Shown here: in pieces, positions 14,201 to 28,450 of the stretch
Numbering within the stretch: position 1 is the stretch's first letter
Layout: every line of letters starts with the position of its first letter
Assembly: GCA_051362555.1 (NCBI GenBank)
Contig: CM120641.1
Location: forward strand, 9,238,001 to 9,302,000
Length of the DNA: 64,000 bases
DNA from: Lingula anatina
Lineage: Eukaryota; Animalia; Brachiopoda
Direction: 5' to 3'
Position numbers and translations under genes: made by a program
Notes under the pieces: model-generated
What the model saw: only the letters and a program-made list of their open reading frames with translations
The model's database searches: none
What the model was told of the DNA's origin: nothing

Positions 14201-15558
14201 ACACATAATATTATAGGGGATAGATGGCTTCAATAAAATGTATGGCCACATGTGAGGGTCCCATGGGGGGAGGGGGTGTGATCACAGTTTATGGGAAACA
14301 AAATCATCAGTTCACAAATCACAGTAAATAAAACTTTATCAGTATCTCACCAATAATGTACATCAGAAATCCTGTAAATCCTTGGGTTTAATGACTTTGT
14401 TTCATGAATGCCAGAGGATAAAAAAGCATTCTCAAGCATTTGCATTCACAAGTCGCAGGAATGGGGTGTTTTCAGGGATAACATAAATACCCAATTGGAC
14501 CCTCACACATGGACAAGAACTGCGAAAGACAAAATTTTACAGAAAAATTCCAAGGAGGTGTTCATTCTAATAAAGTAGTATTAACCCTGGATTTAGGTTT
14601 TAGGTTGTGGTTTAATCACTAGTGCTTTTTAAATTAAATTAAAATTAAAGTGACAGTATGACCATGTTTCTGTGATTTGACCATCAGGTACACCACTTTT
14701 TCTTTCCAGCAAATCCTCTCACCCCCACTCCCAATTCATTTACAGTGGGTCCTAAGGTTAAAACAGTCTCAACATATGAAGTTTTGTGGTTATGGTTGAT
14801 TACCTCCGCCAAGGAGGTTATGTTTTCACCCCTGTTTGTTTGTCTTTCTGTCTGTCTGTCTGTTTATCATCATCATAACTCAAAAAGTTATGGATGAATT
14901 TCAATGAAATTTTCAGGGTAGGTCAGAAATGGGTTAATTTAGAAGTGATTAGTTTTTGGTGGTGATCAGGATCAATAATCAAAAATAAAAAAACTAAGTT
15001 ATGGACGGATTTTGAAGAAATTTTCAGGAACTGTCAGAAGTGGGCCAAGGAACAGATGATTAGTTTTTGGTGGCGATCTGGATCAATAATCAATCAATAA
15101 TCAAAAATAAAAAACTAAATCATTATAAAATGAAAATTTAGGGGTGAAACGGCATTAGGTGGAGACTTTGCTGCCTTGGCAGAGGTCTGCGCTCTCGGAG
15201 TGCTTTTCTAGTTTCTCATAAGATGTTGAGCCTAGTTTCAAATCAAATACTACTTTACATGGTAACTTGTTGCTGATCACTACAGTCCTAAGTATGTTTT
15301 TATGTCATAGATGTCCTTGGAGATTTTATGTCCCTAATGCAACTGTACTGTTGCATAAGCATAGCCGAGTTATTTTTGTTCTTATTTTCTTCATGTTCTA
15401 ATTAATACTTTGGAACAGAAGCACTGTAAAGCAAATTAGTCTAGGATCCCCTCATACACATCTCAATATTCATATGTCAGTAATTTAATTTGTGCATTGT
15501 GTTTGTAACGCATTTGTTATCTGTACGAAGACTGAAATTAGGAATGTGCAAATCTACA

Positions 15559-15600
<42 letters not shown>

Positions 15601-18600
15601 TTTTTTTTTTTACTGCCACAGTGTGTACTGGTGTTTTGTGTTTGTAAATAGTAAAACAGTGCTGATCATGTGGTAGCCTTGCTATACATTGTGAACTTCA
15701 CCTGGCATAAAACCTGCTTATAAACACAAAATAATGCAAAAAAGATATATATTAATTAACTTTTATTTAATTTTAACTGGAAAACACTGCAACAAGGAAA
15801 AAATTAGATGATGTTGGTTTGGCTTTTATACAGATGTTGGTAGTTGCTATACTTGGTTCTAACAGTGAAATATGCTGCAGTAGACCCAGGGCTGAACACA
15901 TATTTGTATGATCACTGTTGTTGTCAGGGCTACAGGCATTGACTGTCAGCATATTATAATTACATTAGCACTGTGCATCATATAGTAATTTGCATGGAGA
16001 GGAAAAAAATGTATATTTCTGGATTAAGTCCCAAATACGTCTGCACATTTTTTTAAAGATCTATGGTACAGAGTTTGACTATTTGACCAATCATTATTGG
16101 CTGATTTTGGTGCATTTATTTTATGTCATTTTATAAGATTTGTATTAATTACTGTTTCAGTGTCCTGTCAATGAATGATATAACTCAATACAGATACTGA
16201 ATAAAAACAGATATATTCTGAAGCATGTACACTAACAATTTGATACCCAAAATGTGAACATGTAATATATGACACTTGTTTAGTATAACCTTCAACTTTT
16301 TTATGTTACATTCTTAGTTGACGTAGACATAAATACAGTGTTGCAGGTTGTTTTGACTTTTTTTATGTACAGACACATTTGTGTCTGTACATTTATCCAT
16401 CACCTGCATCTGTTATTGCTGTTGTGGACTTTCAAGGTTAAAAGGATAAGTGTAAAACAGTTCCATCTTATGTCTTCAATCTTACAGAACTGATGAATAC
16501 TCTTTAAGTACATCTCAAATTAGAAAATCAGCTTGATCATTTTTCCAAGAGTTATGCTGTTTTTTTCCCTTTTACAGAATATTTTATCCATTGTTATACA
16601 AATAAATAAAAACTGATACTTTTTGTTTACAAACTTACAGATATGCTGAATATTGATATTGTTGGTGCTAAGCATTATTTAATTCTGCACTGCCATTGCA
16701 TCTAAATTGACAAAAACCTTATTTTGGGCACTAACACCATTTTACTAGTAACCATTTAAGGAAAACAATGCAACTTCTTTAACATACAGAAAAGATTTAT
16801 AGGACTGAACTACAGGTTGAGTTGAAAAACCAGCTTGATTCCATTCTTTTTCTGGAAGTTATGCAGTTATATGGGACATTTTCATTTTTCACATATTGTC
16901 ATTTTCAATGTGGGACTTTGAACTCCCATGGGCATTAAACAGTTTAGTACTTATATTTTTTGAATGTCCTTGTTAGATAAAGTAGATGATAGCCCTCTAG
17001 AACCTCACTGAACTATATTCTGCAGCTGTTATCACAGGTGGTGGTGGTGGTGTCTTCAATACTTACCATTTCACCTCATCTGTACTCTGGCTCATGTTGT
17101 GATTAGCTGGGTTGGGTACAACATTGTCTTTCACCAAGCCTAAATATATGCATACATGTGTTGGAACTGGTATTTTCATCTGAAGTAAGGGTTTTAAAGG
17201 TTATTTAAATGAATATTTTGTCAGTTTATTGAAAATAATCCTGCATGTAGTGGCAGTGTACACTCTCAGAATCCTAGAGAAAATAGTGCTTATAAAAACT
17301 ATAATTGATAGAATTTGAATTTTATTATTATATATTATACTTATAAATTATATATTTTATACTTTCATTCAAGAAAGGAAAAAGTGATCATACTAGGTTA
17401 CTGATTTTTTTTAATGATGTCTATTAAAAACAGGACTGTATGCATTTCTAGTTTTAAGTAAAAACATAATTTCCAGATTATTGATATTTGTAAAGTCTGT
17501 ATAATATGAATCTCTCATTTAAAATATTATATGATGATTTTAAGTGACTTTTTTCTCTGTTATTCTTGATGTTTTTTGTATGACTATATCATTTTTATGT
17601 ACAGACACAGATGTGTCTGTACATATTGCCATCACCTGCGTCTGTCGTCGCCGTCCCTGTCGCCGTCGATGTCGCCGTCGCCGTCGCCGTCGCCGTGCAC
17701 TTTCATCGTTAACACGATAAGTGGAAGACAGTTTTACTTTTTGGCTTTATATTTACAGAGCTGATGAATATTCATAAAATGCAGGTCAAGTTCGAAAATC
17801 AGCATGTTTGGGCAATTATTGTAGTATTTATGCTGTGTTTTCACTTTTTAGCATATATGCAACACTGTTAACACATTTCAAGGAAAACCGATAGGCCTGT
17901 TGTCATAAAACTCACAGGAGTAATCAATCTTACTAAAACGCAGATCAAGTTCGAAAATCGGCATGATCAGGCCACTATTTTAGTAGTTATGCTGTTTTTT
18001 TTCACTTTTCAGCATATGTGCAACACTGTTAACACATTTCAAGGAAAACCGATAGACCTGTTGTCATGAAACTCACAGGAGTAATTAATCTTACTAAAAT
18101 GCAGGTCAAGTTCGAAAATCAGCATAATCGGGCCATTATTTTATAAGTTATGCTGTTTTTAAACATTTCCTCAGATTCAATTCTTAGGCATGTTAACAGT
18201 CTCATTATTTAACTAATAAGATTCGTAAAAGTGTTTGTTTGACATTTCCTGCATCTTTACAACATTGTTAGTTGATTATGTAAAAATGATGGTAAACTTG
18301 TTATCATGTATTGTATAATAGAGTTTCAAAAATGGAAATAAACTCATATCATTGCAGTTTGTCAGATTCATTCATTGACTATGTTCAGAAACTCAGAATG
18401 GAGGAAATTGGACATTAAACACTGTTCTATTGATATTTTTCCCATCTCATCAATTTTCTTAGTTGATCATATATAAATGGCAGTAAATTGTTAATTTTGT
18501 TATATGTTAAAAAATTGTTAAAAATGGGAAAAAAAAACATTTCAGGACAGTGCTGTCTTGTCTACATTTTGGCATTTTCAAGGTGTGACTTTGAAGTTCC

Positions 18601-21600
18601 TTTGGCCTGAAGACCTTTGCTAGGAACATTTTCTGAATATCCATGATACTAATATTTTATTATTAAAAATTGATGGTAATTATCCTGTTAAACATTATGT
18701 AATAGTGCATCAAAATTTGAAGACACCCCTATTTTGGACACTGCTCCCATGATGACCATTTAAGGAAAACCATGTCACTTACTGTTCTCAAACTTACAGG
18801 AAGAAACATGGGACTTAAATAAAGCTTCAGTGGGCAATGCAGACTATTTGGTAAATTTTTCTGGCAGTTAATCAGTTTTTTGTGAAAATTTAATTTTTCA
18901 CATATTGGCATTTTCAAATGTGACTTAGAACCTCCACGGGCTTGAAGACCCATACTAGTCACATTTTCTGAAAATCCATGATACATATATTTTATTATGT
19001 ACAGACACAGATATGTATGTACATATTGCCATCACCTGTGCCTGTCGTCGCCGTCGTCGATCATGTCGCCGTCACTGTTGCCGTGCACTTTCAGCATTAA
19101 CACCATAAGTGGAAGACAGTTTTACTTTTTGGCTTTATATTTACAGAGCTGATGAGTATTCATAAAACGCAGGTCAAGTTCAAAAATAAGCATGATCGGG
19201 CCATTATTGTAGAAGTTATGCTTTTTTTTCACTTTTCAGCATATATGCAACATCGTTAACACATTTCAATAAAAACAGATAGGCCTGTTCTCATGAAACT
19301 CATAGGGGTAATCAATCTTACTAAAACGCAGGTCAAGTTCGAAAATCGGCATGATCAGGCCACTATTTTAGTAGTTATGCTGTTTTTTTTCACTTTTCAG
19401 CATATGTGCAACACTGTTAACACATTTCAAGGAAAACCGATAGACCTGTTGTCATGAAACTCACAGTGGTAATCAATCTTACTAAAACGTAGGTCAAGTT
19501 CGAAAATCAGCATAATCGGGCCATTATTTTATAAGTCATGCTGTTTTTTCACATTTCCTCAGATTCAATTCTTAGGCATGTTAACAGTCTCATTATTTAA
19601 CTAATAAGATTCGTAAAAGTGTTTGTTTGACATTTCCTGCATCTTTACAACATTGTTAGTTGATTATGTAAAAATGATGGTAAACTTGTTATCATGTATT
19701 GTATAATAGAGTTTCAAAAATGGAAATAAACTCATATCATTGCAGTTTGTCAGATTCATTCATTGACTATGTTCAGAAACTCAGAATGGAGGAAATTGGA
19801 CATTAAACACTGTTCTATTGATATTTTTCCCATCTCATCAATTTTCTTAGTTGATCATATATAAATGGCAGTAAATTGTTGATTTTGTTATATGTTAAAA
19901 AATTGTTAAAAATGAAAAAAAAAACACATTTCAGGACAGTGCTGTCTTGTCTACATTTTGGCATTTTCAAGGTGTGACTTTGAAGTTCCTTTGGCCTAAA
20001 GACCTTTGCTAGGAACATTTTCTGAATATCCATGATACTAATATTTTATTATTAAAAATTGATGGTAATTATCCTGTTAAACATTATGTAATAGTGCATC
20101 AAAATTTGAAGACACCCCTATTTTGGACACTGCTCCCATGATGACCATTTAAGGAAAACCATGTCACTTACTGTTCTCAAACTTACAGGAAGAAACATGG
20201 GACTTAAATAAAGCTTCAGTGGGCAATGCAGACTATTTGGTAAATTTTTCTGGCAGTTAATCAGTTTTTTGTGAAAATTTAATTTTTCACATATTGGCAT
20301 TTTCAAGGTGTGACTTAGAACCTCCACGAGCTTGAAGACCCATGCTAATCACATTTTCTGAAAATCCACGATACGGATCTTTTATTATTAAAAACTGATG
20401 GTCATTATGCTGTTAAGCATTATGTAATATTGCATTAAAATAGAAGAAAACACAATTTTGGGTGCTGCTGCCATGATGACCATTATGGGAAAACCATGTT
20501 ACTTATGATTGTCAAACTTTGAAAAAAGAAACAAAGGACTAAAATGCAGCCTGAGTTGGAAAAGCAGTCTAATTGGCTTCTTTTTCTGGAAGTTATACAT
20601 TTTAGTGAAATATTCATTTTTATCATGTTGGCATATTCATTGTGGGACTCGAAGCTCCCATGGACATGAAGCCAAATGGTAATCAAATTTTCTACATGTC
20701 CATGCTATTTATAGTCAATAATCAAAAATTGGTGATAATTATTCTGTAATTTATTATGTAATGTTACATCAAAATTGACAAAAATCTTTTTGCACTGCTA
20801 CTACAAACATTATGAAAAGAAAACTATGTTACTTATTATTATTTTCAACTTACAAGTATGATTTGTAGGATTGGCATGCAGTTCAAATTAGAAAGCCAGC
20901 TCAAATGGGTTATCATTTATTATTGAATTTAAGCAGTTTTATGTGAAATTTTCATTTTTCTCATTCTGGCATTTTCAAAGTGTGAACTTAAACTCCCATG
21001 GGCCTGAAGCCTTACGCTTGTTACACATTTCACTTACATTGGTATTACCTGTTGAGCATAATTAAAATTTGATGTTGAATTTGCAGTTAAGCATAATGTA
21101 CTTTTGCATCAGAATTGACAGTAGCCTGTTTTGTGTATTGTTATTGTCTGCTTTTGTCTGTACATTTGACAGCTTTGCTGCCTTGTTTTACAAATATATT
21201 TAATAATGACATCATTCCATTTCGTATTGCCTCTTCAAACAACTATAACACTGCCATTCGATAACAGCCACAGTGTCATGGCTAGTATACAATATGTGAT
21301 GTCACGGTACTAATTTTTTTGGAGAAACAAAATGCCCCAACACACAGCAGCATCATAATTTGAACAGTAGATTCTCATTCTTCAATAAATTATAACTCAC
21401 AGTACAAACTTTCAGGTTGATTTTACATGTATTTTGTTAGCAGACAGATATTTATTTTCATAGAGTTATTTTATGCAGGATAATATCATTCGTATACATT
21501 CTGAACGAAAACATTACTGATGTTTATTTTATTTCCCAAACGGCATTTATTTAATTCAAACTCTTTACAATATAGCTTATCCAATATAACAATTTAAATC

Positions 21601-24600
21601 TAGTGACCCCTTGCCACGGCCTTTGCTCGCTCGTCACATGCAAGGGATTTTACGCAACACAAAGGTATTCGCGATATAGTTGCTCTATCAAGCAGTTAAA
21701 TTATCGTTTTGTTGTTGCATTCTCCCTAAATTATTTCTTTTTACACGACTGGTTCTTTTCTCATGATTGATTGACTTGCGAGAGAACGTCTATTTATAAC
21801 CTATGGTCTGTCTGTGTGTCGCTCCTCGTCTCGCCATTGGCTGATTAGTGCAGTGTTCAAGGCAGGGACGTTACATGCCCAGCTAAACTGTGATAATGCA
21901 GCACAATGTTCCTTTTCTCTCTTGCCAAGTTGTGACTTTGTGATCTCAGGGATATCTAGTCATTCCATACAACCTTCGGGGTAAGTTTCAGCTGTTTTAA
22001 AGTCCTAATGAAGCGGACGATCAGACGGGAGAGGTTGTTGTTTTGTTGCACAGATAGGTGACCTTTTTCTCCGCAGTCCACCATATTGAAAATGTGCCTG
22101 GATATCTCGTAAGGGAAACTGTATTGGTTGAGGAATTGTACGGCTCCGTGAGTTCAATTGATGTGTAAATTTTGTAAATCTTTTTCCAAGTACTCAAACA
22201 CCAAGTCTTGTACGTTTGTCGCTGTGGGAATTGAGTGAGTGCGTCGTTTGGTCACGTTTTTGATGTACCTGTCTAATCTTTGCATTCGAAAAAGATATCA
22301 GCTTTTGGTTAAATAGCTTATATGGAATTATAATCTCGCTCAGAGCGCGAAATGACAGATGTTGAACAACTATCCCTTTGTATTTGTTGTCTGCAATAAG
22401 ATATTTCTATATTAAAATAGTTATTTTTACAGATGAAGACTACTGTGTCTTAATTTGATTGGGCTATCAGCCGCCATATTGACCTAGATTTTAAGCGAGT
22501 TTGCCTTTTTTTTTATTATGATGCTATCATTCGCCAAGGAAAGAATTAGAGGAATGTTTATCAGTGGTTATCTCACAATATGATATTAACATATTGTTTT
22601 GCTGAAAGGTAGATTTATGTTATGAATATTTAATACTATTGTCATATTGAATATTATTAACTGATATATATAAATCAATGGGTAAGTCAGCGACAGATTG
22701 CTGTTTTTAAAGCATTGCTCATTGACACTTGAAGGTAGAACTGTTTAAATAATGGTAACGTGCACTATGTTCATGGGTTTATATTTAGAAGCACACACAG
22801 AAAGGATTTACTGCAGTGCTTTGGAAACTTGGCAGTTTTCCTAGTGATATGATTGAACTAAATAAAGGTGTGGGTAACCATGAATCACACAGGTTTTTTT
22901 TATTTATTGAGAACGTAAATGTGGTGAAGAGATGTAGCTTGCACTGTTTCAAAATTATGTTTGTTATTTACACAACTGATTGAAAAAGGTATGGTGAAAA
23001 CCTTATTTTCATCTGTTTGACAACTAGAATTAATTTAGAATCATAGATCTATCAATTTCTGACTCAGCACATAGCATTTTAGTTTAAATGTAATCACTTA
23101 TCATGTGATAAACTGCTGAATGATTTTTTCTTTTTCTGTCTTTGTTTAATTCAGTTATTTAAGCTTCCAATTTTGTTTTAGAACCTGTAGCTAAGATATT
23201 GTAGACATTTTAACATAGTTAACTGACAAAAATAAATGTAAAATCAAAGCTCTTTTGTTATATTGTTGGTCCTACAGTTCTTGTGGGTATATTTATATAG
23301 GTTCTTGATCTGGAAAGAAAGTATTTACCAAGCCTAATACAACACAGTGTAAGATTTAAGTAGAATGTATCCAAGGACCTGTATTGGTCTAAGAATTTAG
23401 GCAGGTAAGTTGTCTACATGTAATAACTTCTTGATGAACTTCACAATCCAGAGGTCAGTAGTTGAAGGAATGGCAGAATTTAAAAAGTAAAGGGACTTCC
23501 TAATTTTCCCAGATTGTAATGACGATTTTGGAGTGGGGGGGGGGGGGGGGGGGATCAAGGAGGTTTGTTAGTCAGAGAAAGGTACTCCTGGAATTTTTTT
23601 CTTTTTTTCATGGGGGTGGGGTGTCTTTATACTGCACATCTTTAGTTATAAGGATGCATCGCACTAATTTATTCTCCTCCCAGGCCCTTATGATTTACAT
23701 TCTTTTTCCAGTTGATATCCAAAGAGCATATCGCCATCTTGCCCTCCAGTACCACCCTGACAGATGTAATAATGCAAACGTAAGTATCAGGAAAATATTG
23801 CTAAAGGCTATTTAATGATTTAGCACCAAATATCTACTCAAGCTAAGGAGTCTTTAGTGAAAGTTTTGCAAGCTGGCATTAAGACAGACCTTTTGGTTAA
23901 TATTTAAAAATATTTTTTTCTTCTTTGAATTTATATTGCAAAACTATATCCATTGCAGTTAAGTTTGGCTTCTGACTTACACTGCACTTCAGCACATCTT
24001 TTTGTCCGAGTCATTTTGTGACTGTGCTAATGAAGGTTATTGTAAATAATTGTAAATAATGATTTGTCAACCACTAAGAATGTATCACAGCTCCCATATA
24101 AACTAAGCATCAAGCGGATGACCTGGATTGATATTCTCAGCTGCTGTATTCATATTGTTAAAAAATCAATAACTGTGGAAAAGCCAGCTTGATAACAGCT
24201 TACTGCATATAGTGTTAACTGATGGCCCTGCAACAGATTGCATACGGTGCCTTAGTCTGATCATCACCTGTGAGAGGAAATTGTTTGGCGTGGTATATTA
24301 ATTTTTTTTTTAATCAAATATGGGGGTGATTGAAAGCAGAAGTGTGAATTTAATTTAATCTTATTTCTGAATTGCAAGATTAATTTAAGTAAAGTATATT
24401 GAGAAGGTGTGAAGATAAAGGTCTGTTATTCAAAAACTAGTTGAATATCAAAGGTGGTGATTTGGCATAGTTAAAGTTTTGAAAATGTTTGAAAATTTGT
24501 GAAATACTTGACCCATGAGGAAATATTCATACAAACAAAACTACAAAATAAATTTCAAAATATTAGAAGTGATACTCACGACCAAGAACTGGGCTTTCAA

Positions 24601-27600
24601 CCATTACCCAAAGCCTTGATCACTTCGACACAAGATGTTGATGTTGTTATTTAACAGGAATTGGAGAAGTGCTGCCCAATCAGTCGAATGATATATTTTA
24701 ATATCATTTATTTAAATATAAGATTTATATTCATATTGTTACCACAAAATATTGTGTGTGTACTTATAATTTGAAAAGTGTTATTGAAAAGGAGAAAAGG
24801 TTTTAAATCTGGTTGACTTGGTGAAAAGCATGAGAGAGGTCTGTTGTTTAACAAATATTTAACTGGTTTAAATCTTTTTTATGTAGAATATGTTGTGTAT
24901 TAAAATGAACCCCAAATGATCAATGTAATGTTTTTTCCAGGATTTTGCCAAATTTCAGTTGATTACGACTGCCTACAAACAACTTTCCCCTGGTAAGCCA
25001 TTTTGATTTTAAGCCAAAATAAACAGTCCATTTAGGAACAGATAGAGTGGGTCACTTTTGAATGTCGATATCGTTGAACTGATTGAAGTTTTTTTATATT
25101 ATTCAGGAGAAATTTTTGTACTTTGCTTTGTTTAAAATGATTTTTGTCTTTTTTCTTTAGATCTTGAAAGTCTGTCCGATCCTGAACAGGTAGGGTTTTT
25201 TTTCTCTATTATAGCTACTAGTTACATTTCTACAAGGCATTTTATCTTATCCACATCCCTAAGCCTAGGTCCCAACTACGTTTTGGACGCACGGTTTTTG
25301 GGTTCCTTGCATCCGGCTAGGACGTAGCTAGATCGCAGGGAAAAAATCAAGTAAATAGTGAAAAGTTTCTACGTGCTGTTTGCGTCCTCCAAAAGTCACA
25401 TGATGGACGTGCTCCTCACGGACTAACTCCCACATTTTCCCCATTTTATTTGGCCGTAGACCACAGGTAGCAGCCCGTACATTTGGTTTGGACCTAGGCT
25501 TTACTCAAGTTTGTTACTCTCACTGGTGTTGGGAGCATTTCCACAACTTATGGTTGTTTATCTGCATTTTTATGAGGAAAATATTTATCTAACTGTTTTC
25601 ATATTGTTCAAGTAGAATAGTCATAAATAAGAGTGAAATAATAAGTTTATGTCAACCCAGCTACTAGAAATAAAAATGTCCATTTCAATCCTGCATTGTG
25701 AACCAATATTTTCTCTGTGTTTCATACTCTAAATGTTGTCCATTTACTTTGCTTTTAGATTTTCTTTACTGTGTTCAAAGATGTGCTTTTATACGAAGAT
25801 GATGGAGGTAGGTTTAAATTGTTATTTTGTTTTGATCTACAAAGTTTTTCTTTTGTATTTGTATCAGTGTTTAATAATAATTACATTTAAATAAATTTTC
25901 TGAATGGCATAGACTTTTATTGTGCAAATATTCATGTGTTGAATGTACTGATATGAGATGTGTTTGTTTGGTGCAAGCATTAGTTTAATACAGATCTGCA
26001 GATTTTGTTTGGCTAGTCTAGTCCCAAATATTTATCAAAAAAAAAAAAAACATACATACATACATACGAGTATGTATTCATTAACTGCATGAAAGTTTTT
26101 TTTTCCTTTTTCTAGATTACGGTCTTTATGCATTTTTCTCAAGTAGTCAAATACTAGGTGAGTAGAATGGCTATTTCTCTTTGTAAGAAAGTTTTCAATA
26201 ATAGGACAGCTTTGTTCTTAAGAACAGGATATTTATGTACATTGGTGTACAATGATAGGATGGCTGTGTACTTAAACGGGCATACAAAGTGGTTTTAGTT
26301 AGATATTATTCACAAAAACAGTCACATCATCAAACACTCTAAACAAACAAGATCTATTTCGAATTTAATGTCTAACACACGCCCAGTATGTAGAAATAAA
26401 AAACTAAAAATTAAATCAACATCCCGCAATTGAAACACTCCTTGCGTGTCACGTGAGCCAGACACTAGCCGAATGCGCAGGCGTACCACGTGACTGCCCT
26501 AATTTAGCAAGTCAATGTAGCGGACAATGCGAAGAAAAAACTTTAAAGCACATAAGAGGGTTAAAAAAAAAAGACAAAACTTATCTGAATAAAAGTAGGA
26601 TTATAATAGAGAGGGCAATGGAATGTCAACAGAGGTAAATAAGACATTAAACATTTGGAGACCTTGCACTGAGACAACATCGAATGATGCAATGGTCACA
26701 CTGGTTAGGATGCCCTGATAGTATTATATAGTAGTAAAAGGTGTACACGCAGTGAATGAATTGTGCGCGCGAAACCCGTTTTCAAAGACAGCAGAGCGTA
26801 AAACTGAATGTGAAGAATGGACAAAATAAGATGTTGAAATCGCGTTTTGTTGAATAATATACACATCAAATGGTGATGATTATTTAAGTATACAATTTAA
26901 GACACCATTCTTATATCATCTCAACAACTATGACAGCACCCTCCCTTGGTTTGTATGCCCCCTTAAGTGCAGGATATCTATAAAAACCCTGGAGTATTGT
27001 CAGGATTTTAAAATGGCTTTTCCAGAGTGCATTTCTTTACTTCCTCTCCCCTTTTCTCCCTGAGTACAAGTCACCTATTCAAAGAATTTTAGCAAGCCTT
27101 CGTAGAGGCTGGGCAACTTGCTCGCTTAGCACTTGATATACATTATAAATTGGGAGGGAAACGTTATTTTGTATTTGACTTCTTTCTTTATTTTTTGGTC
27201 AATTTTCTGTCTTACCAGGTGCTTCAAAGTCCTCTGCGGATGAGATGTACATAGAAGATGATGAGGATTCAGATACAGGAGAAAAAGATTTTGAAAAATT
27301 TGCAGAGATTGTAAAGGTAAGTACTGTGGATTTCATGTTGTATCAATGGCCAAAGGTGAAATTTTTTAAAACAGTTGATTAGTGTATGTTGCATGACACT
27401 TTTTCCATTTAGTTACGTATTGAGAACAGATGAGGTAATAGTTATTTTTGTTTGTTTGTTTTTAAAGAGGAGCAGCTGCATATGTTTGAACAAGTGGTAG
27501 TGTTTTAGATTTGCTGTATCAGTAGGTTAAAAAATACAAGGATAGATATATGAAACGTTTTTCTGACTGTATTCTTGCCAAAGTTATGTAAGCGACAAAT

Positions 27601-28379
27601 TACCTTATTTTTCTACAAAAATAAAAGATTGTGTTGATATTGAAAAACCATTGTGGTTAATCCATAACTTGTGCTTCTGCAAGTGCATTCTGATAACTTT
27701 AAAATTTGCGATAGGTTACAGTGTGAGTCACCAAGTTGTATGGTCAGAAGGCTGGTACTTAACTGAAGTACATACCACTTCCATGATAAGTGATGGAATT
27801 GAGTATACATGGATAATAGAGATGTTGCAGCAGAGGACAGCACTCAAGATGATGTTTTTATAGCCAATTTTAGTGTCTGTTCTTTTCCCTTTCTATATCT
27901 GTGCAGTTTCTCTTTAATTTTTATGTTTTTGGAAAAAGGTTAGATTGATGTGTTCCATTTGAGGGTTGAATGGCTGCTTAATTAGATGGAGCTATTGATA
28001 CTTATGAAGTCGACTATATTTAGGAATTAGTTTGATGTCTTAGTATTTATATTACTTGGGACCTATTTTCAATGCCAAGTTTAAAAAAAAGGCAACCCTT
28101 GCTTTTACTAAGTAATGAACATGCAGGGATAATAGTTGTGAAGCGGTTATCTTCACTTATCAGTCCTTGAACACAAATATTTGTTGCAGTTTGAGAAACT
28201 CCAGTTCCTTGTCTTGTTTTCATGTCTTTTCATCCCAGTAGAAAAGTTACTAGAGATGTCATTGGTGGGTTTTAGGGTGCATAAAAGCTTCAGGTTGTAC
28301 ATAGTTGGGAGGAAGACCCGGACTTTTTAACCCCAGATTTGCTACTGTGTGCGTTTATTCCAAATTTGGAATCTTGGGG

Positions 28380-28450
<71 letters not shown>

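Larger units (their letters stand above)
11205..24992 (+). other. DnaJ (J) domain encoded by exons 1-3 of the GW182 gene
   Basis: Spliced translation is [21 protein letters not shown]|[23 protein letters not shown]|[17 protein letters not shown]. It matches the J-domain consensus (EILG-x9-I..AYR.LA..YHPD...F..I..AY..LS) with exact spacing across phase-1 and phase-0 junctions. Confidence 0.88.
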
